DNA from: Mobula hypostoma
Lineage: Eukaryota
Assembly: GCF_963921235.1 (NCBI RefSeq)
Contig: NC_086107.1
Coordinates: 95,606,001-95,670,000 of the forward strand
Length of the DNA stretch: 64,000 bases
Reading direction: 5' to 3'
Positions within the stretch are counted from its first letter, which is position 1; each line of letters opens with the position of its first letter. A program made the position numbers and the translations under genes. Positions 26,121-39,111 of this stretch are shown in pieces. Below the pieces are notes generated by a model. The model was given only the letters and a program-made list of their open reading frames with translations, had not been told where the DNA came from and ran no database searches.

Positions 26121-27703
26121 TTGTTGCTGCCAGTGATGATGTAACGATTATTGCCAACAGTCCAGCAGTCTCTTCTCTCACTTATTAACCTGGAATATAT
26201 CTCATCTGGGCCTGTGACCATTCTATCCTAATGTTTTTCAAAAGTTCCATGCTTCCTTCTTCTTGAGTTGTACCAACCCATTTTATACCCTGTTCTATAC
26301 TGACCTCACATTAGTCAAGGTCTGTTCAATGGTGAATGCTGAAACAAAGTATGCATTAAAGACTGTCCCTACCTCCCACAACTGTGGGCATATGTTTCCT
26401 CTTTTATCCCTGATTAGTCCTACTGTCACTAGTTATTTTCCCATTCTTTACGTACTTGTACAATGCCTTGGGTCTTTTTAAAATATTACTTGCCAAGGCT
26501 TTCTCATGTCTGCTTCTAGCTCCCCTAACTCCCTCCTTAAAACTCCTTCCTTGCTACCTTATAACTGTGAACTCTGAACTGATTCGACAACCTATGGATT
26601 CAATTTCAAGGACTTTACAACATGTTCTCAGCATTATTTATTTATTTATTTTTGTATTTGCCATTTGTATTCTTTTGCACATTGATTGTTTGTCAGTCTG
26701 TGTAGTTTTTTTCATTGATTCTATGTATATCTTTGGCCTGTAAATATCTTAATGAAAATGAATCTCAGAGTACTATATAGTGACATACACGTTTGTAGTT
26801 TGATAATAACTTTACTTTGAACATGGAACTGAAGAGCCCTATCAGATCTTTGCTTCCTAAATCTTAAGTATGCTTCCTTCTGTCTCTGGCTAAATGTTCC
26901 ATTTTTCTTGCCAACTATGTTTCTTTCACCCTAACTTTCTTTCCCAGCTCAATGCGACAAAGCTATCCAGAACTCCATACAAATATTCCCTAAACAATCT
27001 CCACATTTCCATTTTACATTTCCCTGAGTACATATGTTCCTAAGTTCCTGCCTAATAGCATAATAGCTCTCCCCTAATTAAATTCTTTCCTAAACTGTTT
27101 GCTCCTATCCTTGTCCATGGCTATGCCAAAGTTAGAGAGTTGTGGTCACTGTCTCCAAAATGCTCACCTACTGAGAGATCAGTCATCTGATTGCCTAGTA
27201 CCAGATGCAGTATGGCCTCTTCTTGAGTCAGCATATCTATATATTGTATCAGGAATACTTTTGGACCTATCTAAAGTCTGCCCTCAAAACCTCTTGCATT
27301 AAAGGGGTACCAATCAATATTAGGGAAGTTGAAGCACCCATGGCAATAACCCTAGTATTTTTGCATCTTTCCAGAATCTGTCTACTGATCTGCTCCTTGG
27401 TGACCCTGTAGTCAGCTATAGAATACATCCAGTAATGTAGTGGTTCCCTTTCTGTTTCTGACTTCTACCCCCACTGACTCAGTAGATCTCTCCATGATGT
27501 CTTCCCTTTCTGCGGCGTGAAACCATCCCTGATTAGCAATGCCACCCCCACCTCTTTTACCTCCTTACCTGCCTTACCTGACCCATTTTTAACATCTAAG
27601 CCCTAGAAATTCCAGCAGCCAGTCCTGTTACCATGACAGCTGAGATACATTCAGATACAATAACTAAATTTAACAGACATTTGGTCACTTAAATAGACAG
27701 GGG

Positions 27704-27738
27704 GTGTGTGTGTATATATATATAATATAATATAATAT
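27704..27738. repeat. Compound microsatellite (GT)n(AT)n(AATAT)n
   Basis: Seen directly, at the SINE tail. Confidence 0.85.
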
Positions 27739-28040
27739 AGAGGCATCCGTTAGTCTTGTGAGACCATGGTTTTGCACCTTGGAAGGTTTCCAGGGCGCAG
27801 GCCTGGGCAAGATTGTATGGAAGACCGGCAGTTGCCCATGCTGCAAGTCTCCCCTCTCTACGCCACGGATGTTTTCCAAGGGAAGGGCATTAGGACCCAT
27901 ACAGCTTGGCACCAGTGTCGTCGCAGAGCAATGTGTGGTTAAGTGCCTTGCTCAAGGACACAACACGCTGCCTCAGCCAAGGCTCGAACTAGCGACCTTC
28001 AGATCACTAGACAAATGCCTTAACCACTTGGCCACGTGCC
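27738..28040 (-). mobile_element. tRNA-derived SINE
   Basis: Minus-strand head GGCACGTGGCCAAGTGGTTAAGGC (A box) ... GTTCGAGCC (B box), central GTGTCCTTGAGCAAGGCACTTAACC. Ends in an AT microsatellite. Confidence 0.8.
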
Positions 28041-28751
28041 AACAGACAAGGCATAGTAGGATATGGTCAGTATATTCTGGCCTTGACTCTGAAGCCTACA
28101 TCCTATAAATGAGTAAAAACAATTCTAAGATGTAGTTTTAAAAGAAATCTCAAAAATTGTGAGATCCGCTGGAGTTAGAGCAATTGAGGAGGATCAAATA
28201 GAAACAGTGATGTTTTTATAATTAGTGACATTTGGTTCTTTATTATAATTAGTGTTTGTAACCCAGTTTTTCTATGGAGTGGAGATGAGTGAATTGAAGT
28301 TTTTTTGTGAAAAAACTCGGTGTTGTTATTACCAGAAATAACATTGTTGCTGAGAAATGGTGCTATTAGATGATTTTGGCAAGATCTTCTGTAATGAACA
28401 ATATAATCATTCAATAAACTAGACATTGTACTTACATTAAATGAGGTTTAATTAAATTTAACTAATATTTGTATAAGTCTCTTCAGAAATATGCATTATA
28501 AATCTCAATTGTTGTGTTCTTAATTTGAAGTTGTTAATGTGCAAAGTTGGAAATTACATAGATGTGTGAAGACACCAACAAAATGATTACCCATAATGTC
28601 ATTTCTAACATTAATGAAAATGTACTAAAGTTGCAATTTTGGACATTTGCAGTAACCAATGGAATAAATATGCTGCATTTTTTTATTTGGACCTACAATG
28701 CCACTCTTGATACAGTATTTAGAATTTTCATTTCCTTTCCCCTCTCTGTAG

Positions 28752-28992
28752 ACATGAAGATCAGCTGGACTCGTCCATTTGGTTTTGTTCGCAGACTAAG
28801 AACTTGTGTCTTGTAAGCTTTTGTTGTTTTTTACTGATGCTTGTGGCTTATTCCTGCTTTTTCTCCTTCTTCCCCGGGTGTTGCCAAAGGTACTCTTCAA
28901 CAGAATGCACAGGCAGCAGCTTCTGGTCATTGTTGAAAGCCTTACTTTGCCCTCAAATCAGGCTAAGGCATGGAGCTCCTCCACCTGTTTGA
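28752..28992 (+). CDS. Terminal coding exon of an IRAG2(LRMP/JAW1)/KASH5-family KASH-domain protein
   Basis: Strong acceptor tttcctttcccctctctgtag|A. Frame reads HEDQLDSSIWFCSQTKN, then a hydrophobic TM LCLVSFCCFLLMLVAYSCFFSFF, then a luminal tail ...FWSLLKALLCPQIRLRHGAPPPV*. The PPPX end and W/L/P/RLRH spacing match the LRMP C-terminus as recalled (WTSLEHILWPFTRLRHNGPPPV). Confidence 0.88.
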
Positions 28993-29016
28993 CTCAGTAA
29001 TCAATGTAATTTTCAA

Positions 29017-29022
29017 AATAAA
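29017..29022 (+). terminator. Candidate polyadenylation signal of the KASH gene
   Basis: AATAAA ~25 nt after the stop, followed by T-rich sequence. Repeats resume at ~29160. Confidence 0.5.
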
Positions 29023-30633
29023 GAGCACTTTTAAATTTTAACTGTTTTAAATGAATTTCATAGTTTTAGCTTATGTATACATTTATTTTTCTGATCACCC
29101 ATAATGCCAGAATAACTGATCATGTAGTTGCTCAGTCTAAATTATGTCTTTCTCTTACATAGAATGTAGAACATAGAACAGTATAGCACAGGAACATGCC
29201 ATTTGGCCCACAGTGTTGTGCTGAACCAGCTAAAAAGCAAATCAAAAACACCAAACACTATTCCTTCCTACCTACACAATGTCTGTGTCCCTCCATCTTC
29301 CTTAAATCCATGTGCTTATCCAAACGTTTCTTAAAAGCCTCTAATGTATTTACCTCTACCACCATACCAGGCAGCGCATTCCAGGCATTCACCACGTGGA
29401 GTAGAAAGCTTGCTCCTCACATCCCCCTTGAACCTACCTCCTTTCGTCTTCAATGCATGTCCTCTGGTATTAGGCATTTCAACCTTGGGAAACAAGTATT
29501 TCCTGTCTACTCTGGCAGATCTCCTCCATTGTTCCATAGAAAACAACCCAAGTCTATCCAGCCTCTCATGATAGTACATGCCCTCTAAACCAGGCAGCAA
29601 ACTGGTAAACCTCTCTATATCCTCTCCAAGGCCTCATCATTCTTCCTATAGTGGGGTGACCAGAACTGTATGCAATACTCCAGATGTGGCCTAACCAGAG
29701 TTTTGTAAAGTTGCAACATAAACTCTTCAGTTTTGAACTCAGGGCCTGAACTGATAAAAGCAAGCATTCCATAAGCTTTCTTAACCATCTTATGAACCTG
29801 TGTAGCCACCTTCAAGGAGCTATGAACTTGGATCCCAAGATCTCTCTGCGCAGCAACACTGTTCAGGATCTTGCCCTGAACAGTGTACTGTCTCCTTTGC
29901 CCTATCAGGGTGCAACACCTCACATTTATCTGGGTTAATCTCCATCTGCCATCTCTCCGCCCATATCTGCAATTGATCTACATCTTTGCCAGTCTTGTAC
30001 ACTACCAACTTTGGTATCATCCACAGATTTATTAACCCACCCATCTACATTTCCATCCAGGTTATTTATATACATCACAAACAGCAGAGGTTCCAGTACA
30101 GATCCTTGTGGAACACCACTGATTACAGACCTCCAGCTCAAATAAGTCCCTTCAACCACCACCTTCTGTCTTCTATGCACAAGCCACATCTGAATCCAAA
30201 CAGCCAATTCACAGACCCCATGCATCTTAATCTTCTGGATTAACCTCCCATAAGGACTTGGTCAAACACCTTATAAAAATCCACATAGACAGATTCCACT
30301 GCCCTACCCCCATCAATCTCTTTCATCATTTTGTAAGGCACAATCTGATGCACACAAAGCCTAATTAGGCAGTGTGTTTCCAAATACTCATAAATCAGAT
30401 CTCTAAGAATTTTCTCCAGCAATTTTCCTACAACTGACATGAGACTTGTCTATAGAGCCAAGTATTTCCTCTTGTTCCCTTCTTAAATACAGGTATAGCA
30501 TACAGCCTCCAGGACCTTGCCTGTGGATAGGGAGGACATGAAGATACTGGTCCCTGAGGACATCCACCTTAATACTCATTAGGAGGCCCAACACTACCTC
30601 CTTGACTTGCAAGCAGCCTTATGTATTTATACA

Positions 30634-31252
30634 ACCAACACACATCAAAGTTGCTGATGAACGCAGCAGGCCAGGCAGCATCTCTAGGAAGAGGTACAGC
30701 CGACGTTTCAGGCCGAGACCCTTCGTCAGGACTAACTGAAGGAAGTGCTAGTAAGAGATTTGAAAGTGGGAGTGGGAGGGGGAGATCCAAAATGATAGGA
30801 GAAGACAGGAGGGGGAGGGATGGAGCCAAGAGCTGGACAGGTGATTGGCAGAAGGGATATGAGAGGATCATGGGACAGGAGGCCCAGGGAGAAGGAAAAG
30901 GGGGGGGGGGAACCCAGAGGATGGGCAAGGGGTATAGTCAGAGGGACAGAGGGAGAAAAAGGAGAGTGAGAGAAAGAATGTGTGTATATAAATAACGGAT
31001 GGGGTACGAGGGGGAGGTGGGCATTAGCGGAAGTTAGAGAAGTCGATGTTCATGCCGTCAGGTCGGAGGCTACCCAGATGGAATATAAGGTGTTGTTCCT
31101 CCAACCTGAGTGTGGCTTCATCTTTACGGTAGAGGAGGCTGTGGATAGACATGTCAGAATGGGAATGGGATGTGGAATTAAACCACACTCAGCAGCAACT
31201 TTGACGTGTGTTGCTTGAATTTCCAGCATCTGCAGAATTCCTTGTGTTAATA
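30634..31252 (-). mobile_element. Penelope-like insertion with a short inverted terminal piece
   Basis: Same family as 61676-62290. CAACACACATCAAAGTTGCTG at the left is mirrored by CAGCAACTTTGACGTGTGTTG at the right. TATTTATACA is duplicated at 30624-30633 and 31253-31262. Confidence 0.85.
30698..30733 (-). ncRNA. Minimal hammerhead ribozyme motif (intact core)
   Basis: Minus strand AGTC-CTGACGA-AGG(GTCTCGG)CCT-GAAAC-GTC-GGCT. One G-U wobble in stem I. Confidence 0.75.
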
Positions 31253-32734
31253 TATTTATACACTCAGCACTGACATCCTGGTTCTCCATACCACTTTCCC
31301 TGGTAAATACCGAAGCAAAGTACCTCACATTCTCCGCATTGTAGCAAATATTCTCCCTTTTATCTTTGAGTGGTTCTGTCCTCTCCTTAGTTATCCTCTT
31401 ACTCTTGATGTATGTATAGAATGGTTTGGGATTCACCTTAGTCCTACTTGCCACGGACTTTCCATGGCCCCTCCTGGCTTTCATAATTCCCTTCATTAGT
31501 TCTTTTCTAGCTTTGTTATACTTCTCATGTACTTCATTTGATCCTAACTCTGAATTCTTACATACTTTTCCTTTTTCTTCTTGACTAAATTCATTCCCTC
31601 TCTAGACATCCAAGGTTCTCTTATCTTTCCATCCCCATCCTTCCTTCTAACATGAAATCACACCTTTACTCTGTGCAGTCGATCTTTAAACCCCTTCCAC
31701 ACGTCTGATGTGGACTTGCCAGAAAAAAAGGTGTTCCCAATTAAATCTTCTTAGTTCCTGCCTAATGCCCTTGTAATTTGTCCTCCAATTTCAAACTCTC
31801 TTGCAGGAACTATAGCTATCCTGAAAGACGATGAGTTGTGGTCACTGTTCCCTGTTTATCCAATGAAAGGTCAGTCACCTGGCCTGCCTCATTAGCCAAC
31901 ACCAGGTCCAGTACAGCCCTTCCTCATGTTGTATGGTCAACATATTGATTTAAGAACCCTTCCTGAATACATTTAACAAATTCTGCCCCATCTAAACCCC
32001 TTGCACCAAGAAGGTCCCAGTTTAAATTAAGGAAATTGAAATCACCCCATGCCAACAACCCATTTCATTTTCACACATTTCCTTAATCTGATTATGTATC
32101 TGTTCCTCAATGTCCCAGTGGCTATAGGGGTGGGGGTGTCTACAGTACAATCCTATCAGTGTGATGCACCCTTCCTATTCCTGAGTTCTACTCAAATGGA
32201 CTCAGTGTTTGACCCCTCCATAAGTCTTCGCTGAGTGCAGTTGTGATATTGTCCTGGATTAGTAGTGCAGAGAGATGGTAGATGGAGACTGGGCAGCCTT
32301 GAAGTCATGCAATTTAGGAAGTCACTGCAGCTATATAAAACATTGGAGAGAGTGCTGCTTGGACGGGAGAAAATAAGCTGTTAGATAAACCTTGATTATT
32401 TTTTTTTCTGGAGCATTAGGGGCTGAGAGGAGACCTGATCAAAGTTTATAACATTATGAGAAGCATTGATAAGGAAAATAGAGTCCTTTTCTCTGGGTAC
32501 AAATGCCAAATACAAAATGTCACAGCTTTAAATTGAGAGAGGATTCTTACATAGTGAGTGGCAAGTGTCCTTTCCACATACAGCGTTTATGAGGCACTTA
32601 GGCACATAAACATGCAGTGAAGTAAAGGATATGGATCATGTGCAGGCAGACAGTTTAGTTTAATTTGGCATCATGCTCAGCACATAGATCATGGACTAAG
32701 GGCCCTGTTTATGTGCTGTACTGTTCCATCTTCT

Positions 32735-33660
32735 AACACAACAGGTCAGGCTGTATCTGTGGAGGCGAAGGGACAATTAACCTTAAGGGTCAACATTTAA
32801 GGCTCAAGATTTTTTGGGGATAAAAGACCAAACCAGTTCCTCTGCATTTTCTTTTGCTTTGCTGGGCTTGTCCTTACCCTCAACAACTTCTCTCTCAATT
32901 TCTCACTTTATGTTGCTCAAAAGGTGCAGTTGCCATGGGCACTTGTATGAGCCCCAACTATGCCTATGTATTTGCTGGCAACTTCAGCACACACCCCTTC
33001 CCCAAATTTTCTGTACTGCATTGCTGACTGCATCTGAGCTATTTCATGCAGTTGTATGTAACTTATCCACCCTTGTCAACAGACTTCCTCAAGTTGCCCT
33101 GGGTTGATTCTGACACTATTCTTCCTTTTCTGGATCACTGTCATCTCTTTTCAATTTCTCCATCTCTGTTGCATCTGACCTCAAGATGTGGCCTTAGATA
33201 ATAGAGTTCAAGCCTTCTGCTGGGGCTTCTGAAATGTCTTCCTGCTTCCTGAAATATGGATTCCCCTCTATGTAGTTGATGGAACTATCACACATATTTC
33301 CTCAATTACCAGCAAATCTTTTTTCCACCCACTAGTCTCCCCCGAGCCATAACAAATTTCCTTTGATTCTCACTGTTCTCCCCACCAGCCTCTGCTTCTA
33401 CATTCTTTGCCATGTCCACCAGCTTGAACATGATCTCACTACCAGTCACATCTGTTCCACACCTGTCTACGATACCCTCCTCAGCAAACCCAGGCACTTT
33501 TGCAATTCTAAAAGGTGTAATTGTCACTTCACATTCTCTGACATTGCTCAGGGACCTAAACATCCCTCTAGGGGTGAGAAAGTCACCTGCATTTCTCCCA
33601 ACCTGCTCTATTTTACGCAGTGATCATAATGTAGCCTTCTCTACATTGGAGAAAGCAAGC
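32735..33660 (+). mobile_element. Highly decayed Penelope-like remnant
   Basis: GTTGCCATGGGCACTTGTATGAGCCCCAACTATGCC (VAMGTCMSPNYA) and a downstream LLYIGE-like remnant. Confidence 0.55.
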
Positions 33661-35536
33661 ATAGCCATAGACCAGTACTGCACTAGAACAGGCTCTTCTG
33701 CCTGCATAGGGCCCATATTGCTCCATTTTCTGCAAATTCGTGTGCTTATCCAAGGGACTCTAAAATGCTTCTATATTTACCTCCACCACCACCACTCCTG
33801 GCAGCACATTCCTGATCACCCTGTATATAAAAAAAAATGCTTCCTCTGCACCATCTCCTTTGAACTTTGCTCTTCACCTTAAGTACATGCTCTCTCGTAT
33901 GAGACATTTTGACCATGGGGAAAAAGGATAGCTGCCGATGCACTTAACTAGTTGACCTACAGTAGATTTTGGTTGCCTCTCAGATGTCACTACTTACAGT
34001 CCACTACACCACCAATTTTGGTGTCATGCCAGCTATATTTTCATTAAAGTTGTTAATATACTTGACAAACAACAGTGGACCCAACACTGGTCATAGGTTT
34101 ACAATGTGAGAAGCAACCACTTTCCGACTCCTAGTTGGCAAGATTACCCTGGATCAGCCAAAAATATTTAATTTTTAGGTGCTTAGGCTTTCAAGAGTTA
34201 TAAGTAGTGCCAAAGTAGTATAATAATCTTATTGAAAAGGTACTTTTTCATGCAATTTAAATAAAATTTTCACCCATTAAGCACCAGGTACTCTAAAACT
34301 GAACAGAGATGTCATGAATACATGATACACACTGCCAGAGGACATAGTAGTATGTTTACCAGGTGTTTGTGCAAACACTTAAAATAGATAAGACATAAGA
34401 GGAGATGGTCCTAAAATGGGCAAATATAGATAGCAAAAGGTGGCATAGCCTGAAGGCTAAAGGGCCTGTTTCTGTACCGTACCATTCAATAACATAGATA
34501 AGAAACTTTGCAATGGGAACTAATAAAAGGCATTACCTAGGGTCAGCATTTTGAGAAACTGGAAAACTTAGTTGAAAAAGACTTGCAAATGGAAATGTTG
34601 GTTGCAAGTTGCATAACAACTTCACCTTTCAAAAGGTAATGATGAATCATGCATTTAAAATGTGATATTGAGTAAAACAGCAGAATAATTTCTCATCTGA
34701 TATTATAGAAACAAAACCATACAATAGAGAATCAGGCCCTTGAGCCCACGCTGTCCATTGTCTGGTGGCAATCCAAATTAATTGCATCTACCTGTATATC
34801 CATGCCTGTAAAATGCCCCTTAAATGCTGCTATCATAATTGCTTCCAATTCCCCTGGCAGTGCAGTCCAGGCACCTACCACTTTTGTGTAATAAAAACCT
34901 TGCCTTGAATATTTCCTTTAAAAACCTACCCCTCTTTCATCTTAAACTTATATCCTCTGTTGGTTCCATCTGGGCTAAAAGACTTTTACTACCTCCTCTG
35001 TAATTTCATATAGTTCTCTTGGGTCACCTCCTTAGCCTCCTAAACTCCAGAGAAAACAACCCAAGTTTGTCCAACACATACGATGCAACATGATTTCCAA
35101 ACTTTTGTACTTAACATCTCAACTGATGAAGGCAAGTATCGTGCACTCTCCTCCATCTTGTGTGCCACTTTCAAAGAGCTATGTACTTGTAACCCAGATT
35201 CTCTCTGTACATCCATGCTCCTAAAAGTCCTGCCCTTTACTGTATACTTTCCTCTCACATTTGATCTCCAAAAGAGCAATGCTTCACACTGCTACAGATT
35301 GAACTCAATCTGCCATTTCCCTGCCCACACTTCTAACTGATCTATATCCTACCCATAATTTGATAATTTTCCTCACTATCCACAACTACGCAAATTCTTG
35401 TCTCATCTGCACTTAATTTTACAGATCCAACATACTAGTTAATGTTCCAGGTCGCTACCGGTGCTACCAAACCTCAGAATAGTTTTGTAATACTTTTGTT
35501 TCTCTTCCCAAGGAAAAAAAAACATTACAGTATCAG

Positions 35537-36447
35537 ACAAAAGTTGCTGGTAAACGCAACAGGCCAGGCAGCATCTCTAGGAAGAGGTACAGTCGACATT
35601 TTGGGCCGAGCCCCTTCGTCAGGATACTGAAAGACCTAGTAAGAGATTTTAAAGTGGGAGGGGGAGAGGGTGGGGGTGAACCAAAATGATAGGAGAAGAC
35701 AGGAGGGGGAGGGATAGAGCCAAGAGCTGGACAGTTGATTGGCAAAAGGGACAGGAGGCCTAGGGCGAAAGAAAAGGGGGGGGGAGCCCAGAGGATGGGC
35801 AAGGGGTATAGTGAGAGGGACAGGGAGAAAAAGAATGTGTGTATATAAATAAATAACAGATGGGGTACGAGGGGGTGGTTAGGCATTAGCAGAAGTTCGA
35901 GAAGTCAATGTTCATGCCATCAGGTTGGAGGCTCCCCCTTGTAGGTTGAAGGAACAACACCTTATATTCTGTCTGGGTAGCCTCCAACCTGATGGCATGA
36001 ACATTGACTTCTCAAACTTCCGCTAATGCCCTACCTCCCCCTCGTACCCTATCCGTTATTTATTTATACACACATTATTTTTCTCTCTCTCTCCTTTTTC
36101 ACTATACCTCTTGTCCATCCTCTGGGCTTCCCCCCTCCCCCTTTCTTTCTCCCTAGGCCTCCTGTCCCATGACCCTCTTGTATCCCTTTTGCCAATCAAC
36201 TGTCCAGCTCTTGGCTCCATCCCTAACCCCTCCTGTCTTCTCCTATTATTTCGGATCTCCCCCCTCCCTCTCCCACTTCCAAATCTCTTACTAGCTCTTC
36301 TTTCAGTTAGTCCTGACGAAGGGTCTCAGCCCAAAATGTTGACTGTACCTCTTCCTAGAGATGCTGCCTGGCCTGCTGCATTCACCAGCAACTTTTATGT
36401 GTGTTGCTTGAAATTCCAGCATCTGCAGATTTCCTTGTGTTTGCGTG
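35537..36447. mobile_element. Penelope-like insertion made of two inverted arms
   Basis: 35537-~35935 is the reverse complement of ~35975-36398. 13-bp duplication ATTACAGTATCAG at 35524-35536 and 36448-36460. Confidence 0.88.
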
Positions 36448-36569
36448 ATTACAGTATCAGTTTTATTTTGTATTATTGGTGTTGCATATCTAATTCAAAA
36501 GGTAAAAGAAGGTACTGATTATTAAAAACACATTCTTTTAAAACAATTGCTAATGCAGTGATTGTAAAG

Positions 36570-39111
36570 AATATCAAAACTGAATCTGTTTATTGGGAAA
36601 TGAAAGCAGAATACCTTGAACTCAGTTTAATTTTGACAAGAACAAGAATTACAGATTGCAGTTTTATTTAAAGTATACTGTAACAATTAATTGAACAGTG
36701 AAATGATCTACTTCAGAAAATGCCAATTTCAACTCTCAGCTCATCAGATGTTTATGAGTTGAAGGCCCACAGCAGCACTGCTTTCAGATGTACCATCTTT
36801 TAAATTAATTTATAAACAGCGGCCCTGTTAAAGCAATTCAGAAAGATAGAAGTTATCTGTGACATTAAAAGGATGAACAGTTTTACCATGTCTGCAAATT
36901 CCATTACAGAAGCAGATACATCAGTTGTTGGGTAAATTGGCAACAAAGTACTGTGAGAATAATCAATTCAGAATTAATTAGCTGGGAACTGTTTCAAATA
37001 TGATAAAGAGCAAGATTGTTCTCAGTAAAGCAGGGAATCTATTATAATACGTGAAAACAGTTTACACTGTTGACCACCTGTCGCAGTGGGTTATTGAAAT
37101 ATAAACTAACAATGGACATTTTCACCATTTGAAGGGAATAACAAGTCATTCAGTCTATTCATTTTTATAATCTATTTGTAGAACTGCAAAATAGGATTTG
37201 CAAAATAGATTTAACATGTTAAGTATAATCAAATGTGAATAGATTGTCCAAACCTTTTTAAACTTGGTCAATAAAGTATTGCAAGATATTTTGTTAGTGA
37301 TTGATTTGCAAATATGGTTCATCTTTAAATATTTTTATCTTGGACAATGGGTTTAATGCTGTCCAAATAACAAGAAATGAGCCATAATCAGTCACACATA
37401 TAGTAAGTTTAAGTTAAGCTGTAAATTAGTTTTTGTCTGAAAGTAAAAGTCGCATAAAGACAAGAGGCAAGTTAATGGAAAAGATTCTGGAACTGGCACC
37501 AGGCTGTTGACTAAATGGCAACACGTCATCTTTGTATTACATTAATCAGTAAATCAGTTGAGAAACAAACTCATATTATTGAAACATCCAGTAACTTTGT
37601 ACATACTAAATTATACAAGTTGTGGAGGAGATTGCCACAGAGTTGTGGTACTTATTCATCACACAAAGAGGACACTAGTGGTCCTCCAAACATGACACCT
37701 TTCACAACAGATGTGATGAAGTGTGCCAATTGACACTGGAACCCATTGGGCAACAATAACTGTTTGCACAGAATTAAACTTCTTTGAAATCAAAAACAAA
37801 AATACTTAGGTTCAGCAAGCTAACTGAATAATGATCCCCCCTCTCCAGCATTTACATTATTTTACAAACTCCAAATTCTGAGGCCAAAAACTTGGGCTAC
37901 GACTCTTCACAAAATCATTACTCATATGGCATATCACTCTTTCGATACAACATTTGTAAAGATTATATATTCTTGGACTATTTGTAGAATGCTTTTATCC
38001 TGAATGATTTTTACTTAAGTTGATCTCAAGCCTTCCATTATTTTTCTGTGGAACTGTGAAGCAGGGAGTGAAACATAATAATTGGCAGTTCTCCAGTCAG
38101 TTGAAGGTGGATAGGCATTTCTATTTGAGGACTGCAATTACAATCTTTCACTATAGTTTGTTTTCCATGTTTGGAAGAAATGAATAATTCAGGCCACAGA
38201 CTATGACAGCTACTATTAACAGCACTGAGTACAGTTATTAATTCCTGTGTATTCTAAACTTCATTGCAATGAAATAGTCCAAGTTCAGATCCAATTCAAC
38301 AGCAGTTCCTGGCTATCTTCCAGTGGAATTAAAATGTAAACTATGATACTGACAATTGGAGCTGCAATTTCACATCTGTAACCAGTTTGCATTTACTTCT
38401 GTTAACTCTTTTCTAAGTTCTTTATATCCAGATTATACCATTAACAACAGCATTCTTCATTTTCTTGAAATCTTCATATCTTAGTCAATGCAGATAGCAT
38501 CATGCACATAGATCCTGCATATAAAGCATTTCACGGGGAAGTGTTCAAATGTTTAATGGCATTATTGAATAGCAAGAGAAAGGATGTGTATCGTTCTGTC
38601 TGAGGTCTTAACCCAGGCACCAGTGACAAGAAATATTCACTGCAACTAAACAAAATTGACATGGCTCTCTCAGCCTCCTCTTCGTTAATCAGCAGGATCA
38701 CTACTGGCTAAGTTACCGGAAGGCTTACAGTATCACACAATTGTATTGACAGTTTAAAATCTGCATTTGTAAAAAAGGAAACTTTTCAGTACAAGTGTTC
38801 AGCATTGCAACAGCTTTGGAATTTAAACTTACGATCTTTTCACAGACACTGATTTCTGGCATCCCCACTAATAACAGCAGTGGTGAACTTAAAAATGCTG
38901 CAGTAGCATTTCAAAAGCTGCATGATCTGTACTTGGAAACCACAGCTTTTACTGTATCATCCGATAATCTCATTTCCTCTGGGTGTTCAGTTAGTGGAGA
39001 GAGCAAGGTTCAGGTAGGGTTGGACAGTGGTGTTAGTTAAAGACGGTTAGTTTCAATTTGCTCCCTTCTGATATGCAACACTTGCAAATTAAGATCAAGG
39101 TCCAAGTTACT
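36570..39111 (-). other. Putative long 3'UTR of the RAS gene
   Basis: About 2.5 kb of AT-rich sequence with no repeat I could recognise, directly after the stop codon. It ends at minus-strand AATAAA hexamers. Confidence 0.6.
36589..36594 (-). terminator. Candidate polyadenylation signal of the RAS gene (second candidate at 36663-36668)
   Basis: AATAAA on the minus strand followed by a U/GU-rich tract (TGTTTTAAAAGAATGTGTTTTT) at the end of the unique region. Confidence 0.5.

Larger units (their letters stand above)
29160..32270 (-). mobile_element. Decayed CR1 ORF2, interrupted by a Penelope-like insert at 30634-31252
   Basis: GVPQGSVLEP and RPHLEYCIQFWSP remnants. CR1 tail at 29160. Confidence 0.8.

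Noticed and set aside
27960..28040. tRNA gene
   Set aside because: The A/B boxes belong to a SINE head that continues into a SINE body. No complete cloverleaf.
28562..28816. ORF ending RRLRTCVL*, resembling a CaaX protein
   Set aside because: Overlaps the KASH exon in another frame. The KASH frame has far stronger family features and matches the phase of the upstream exon.
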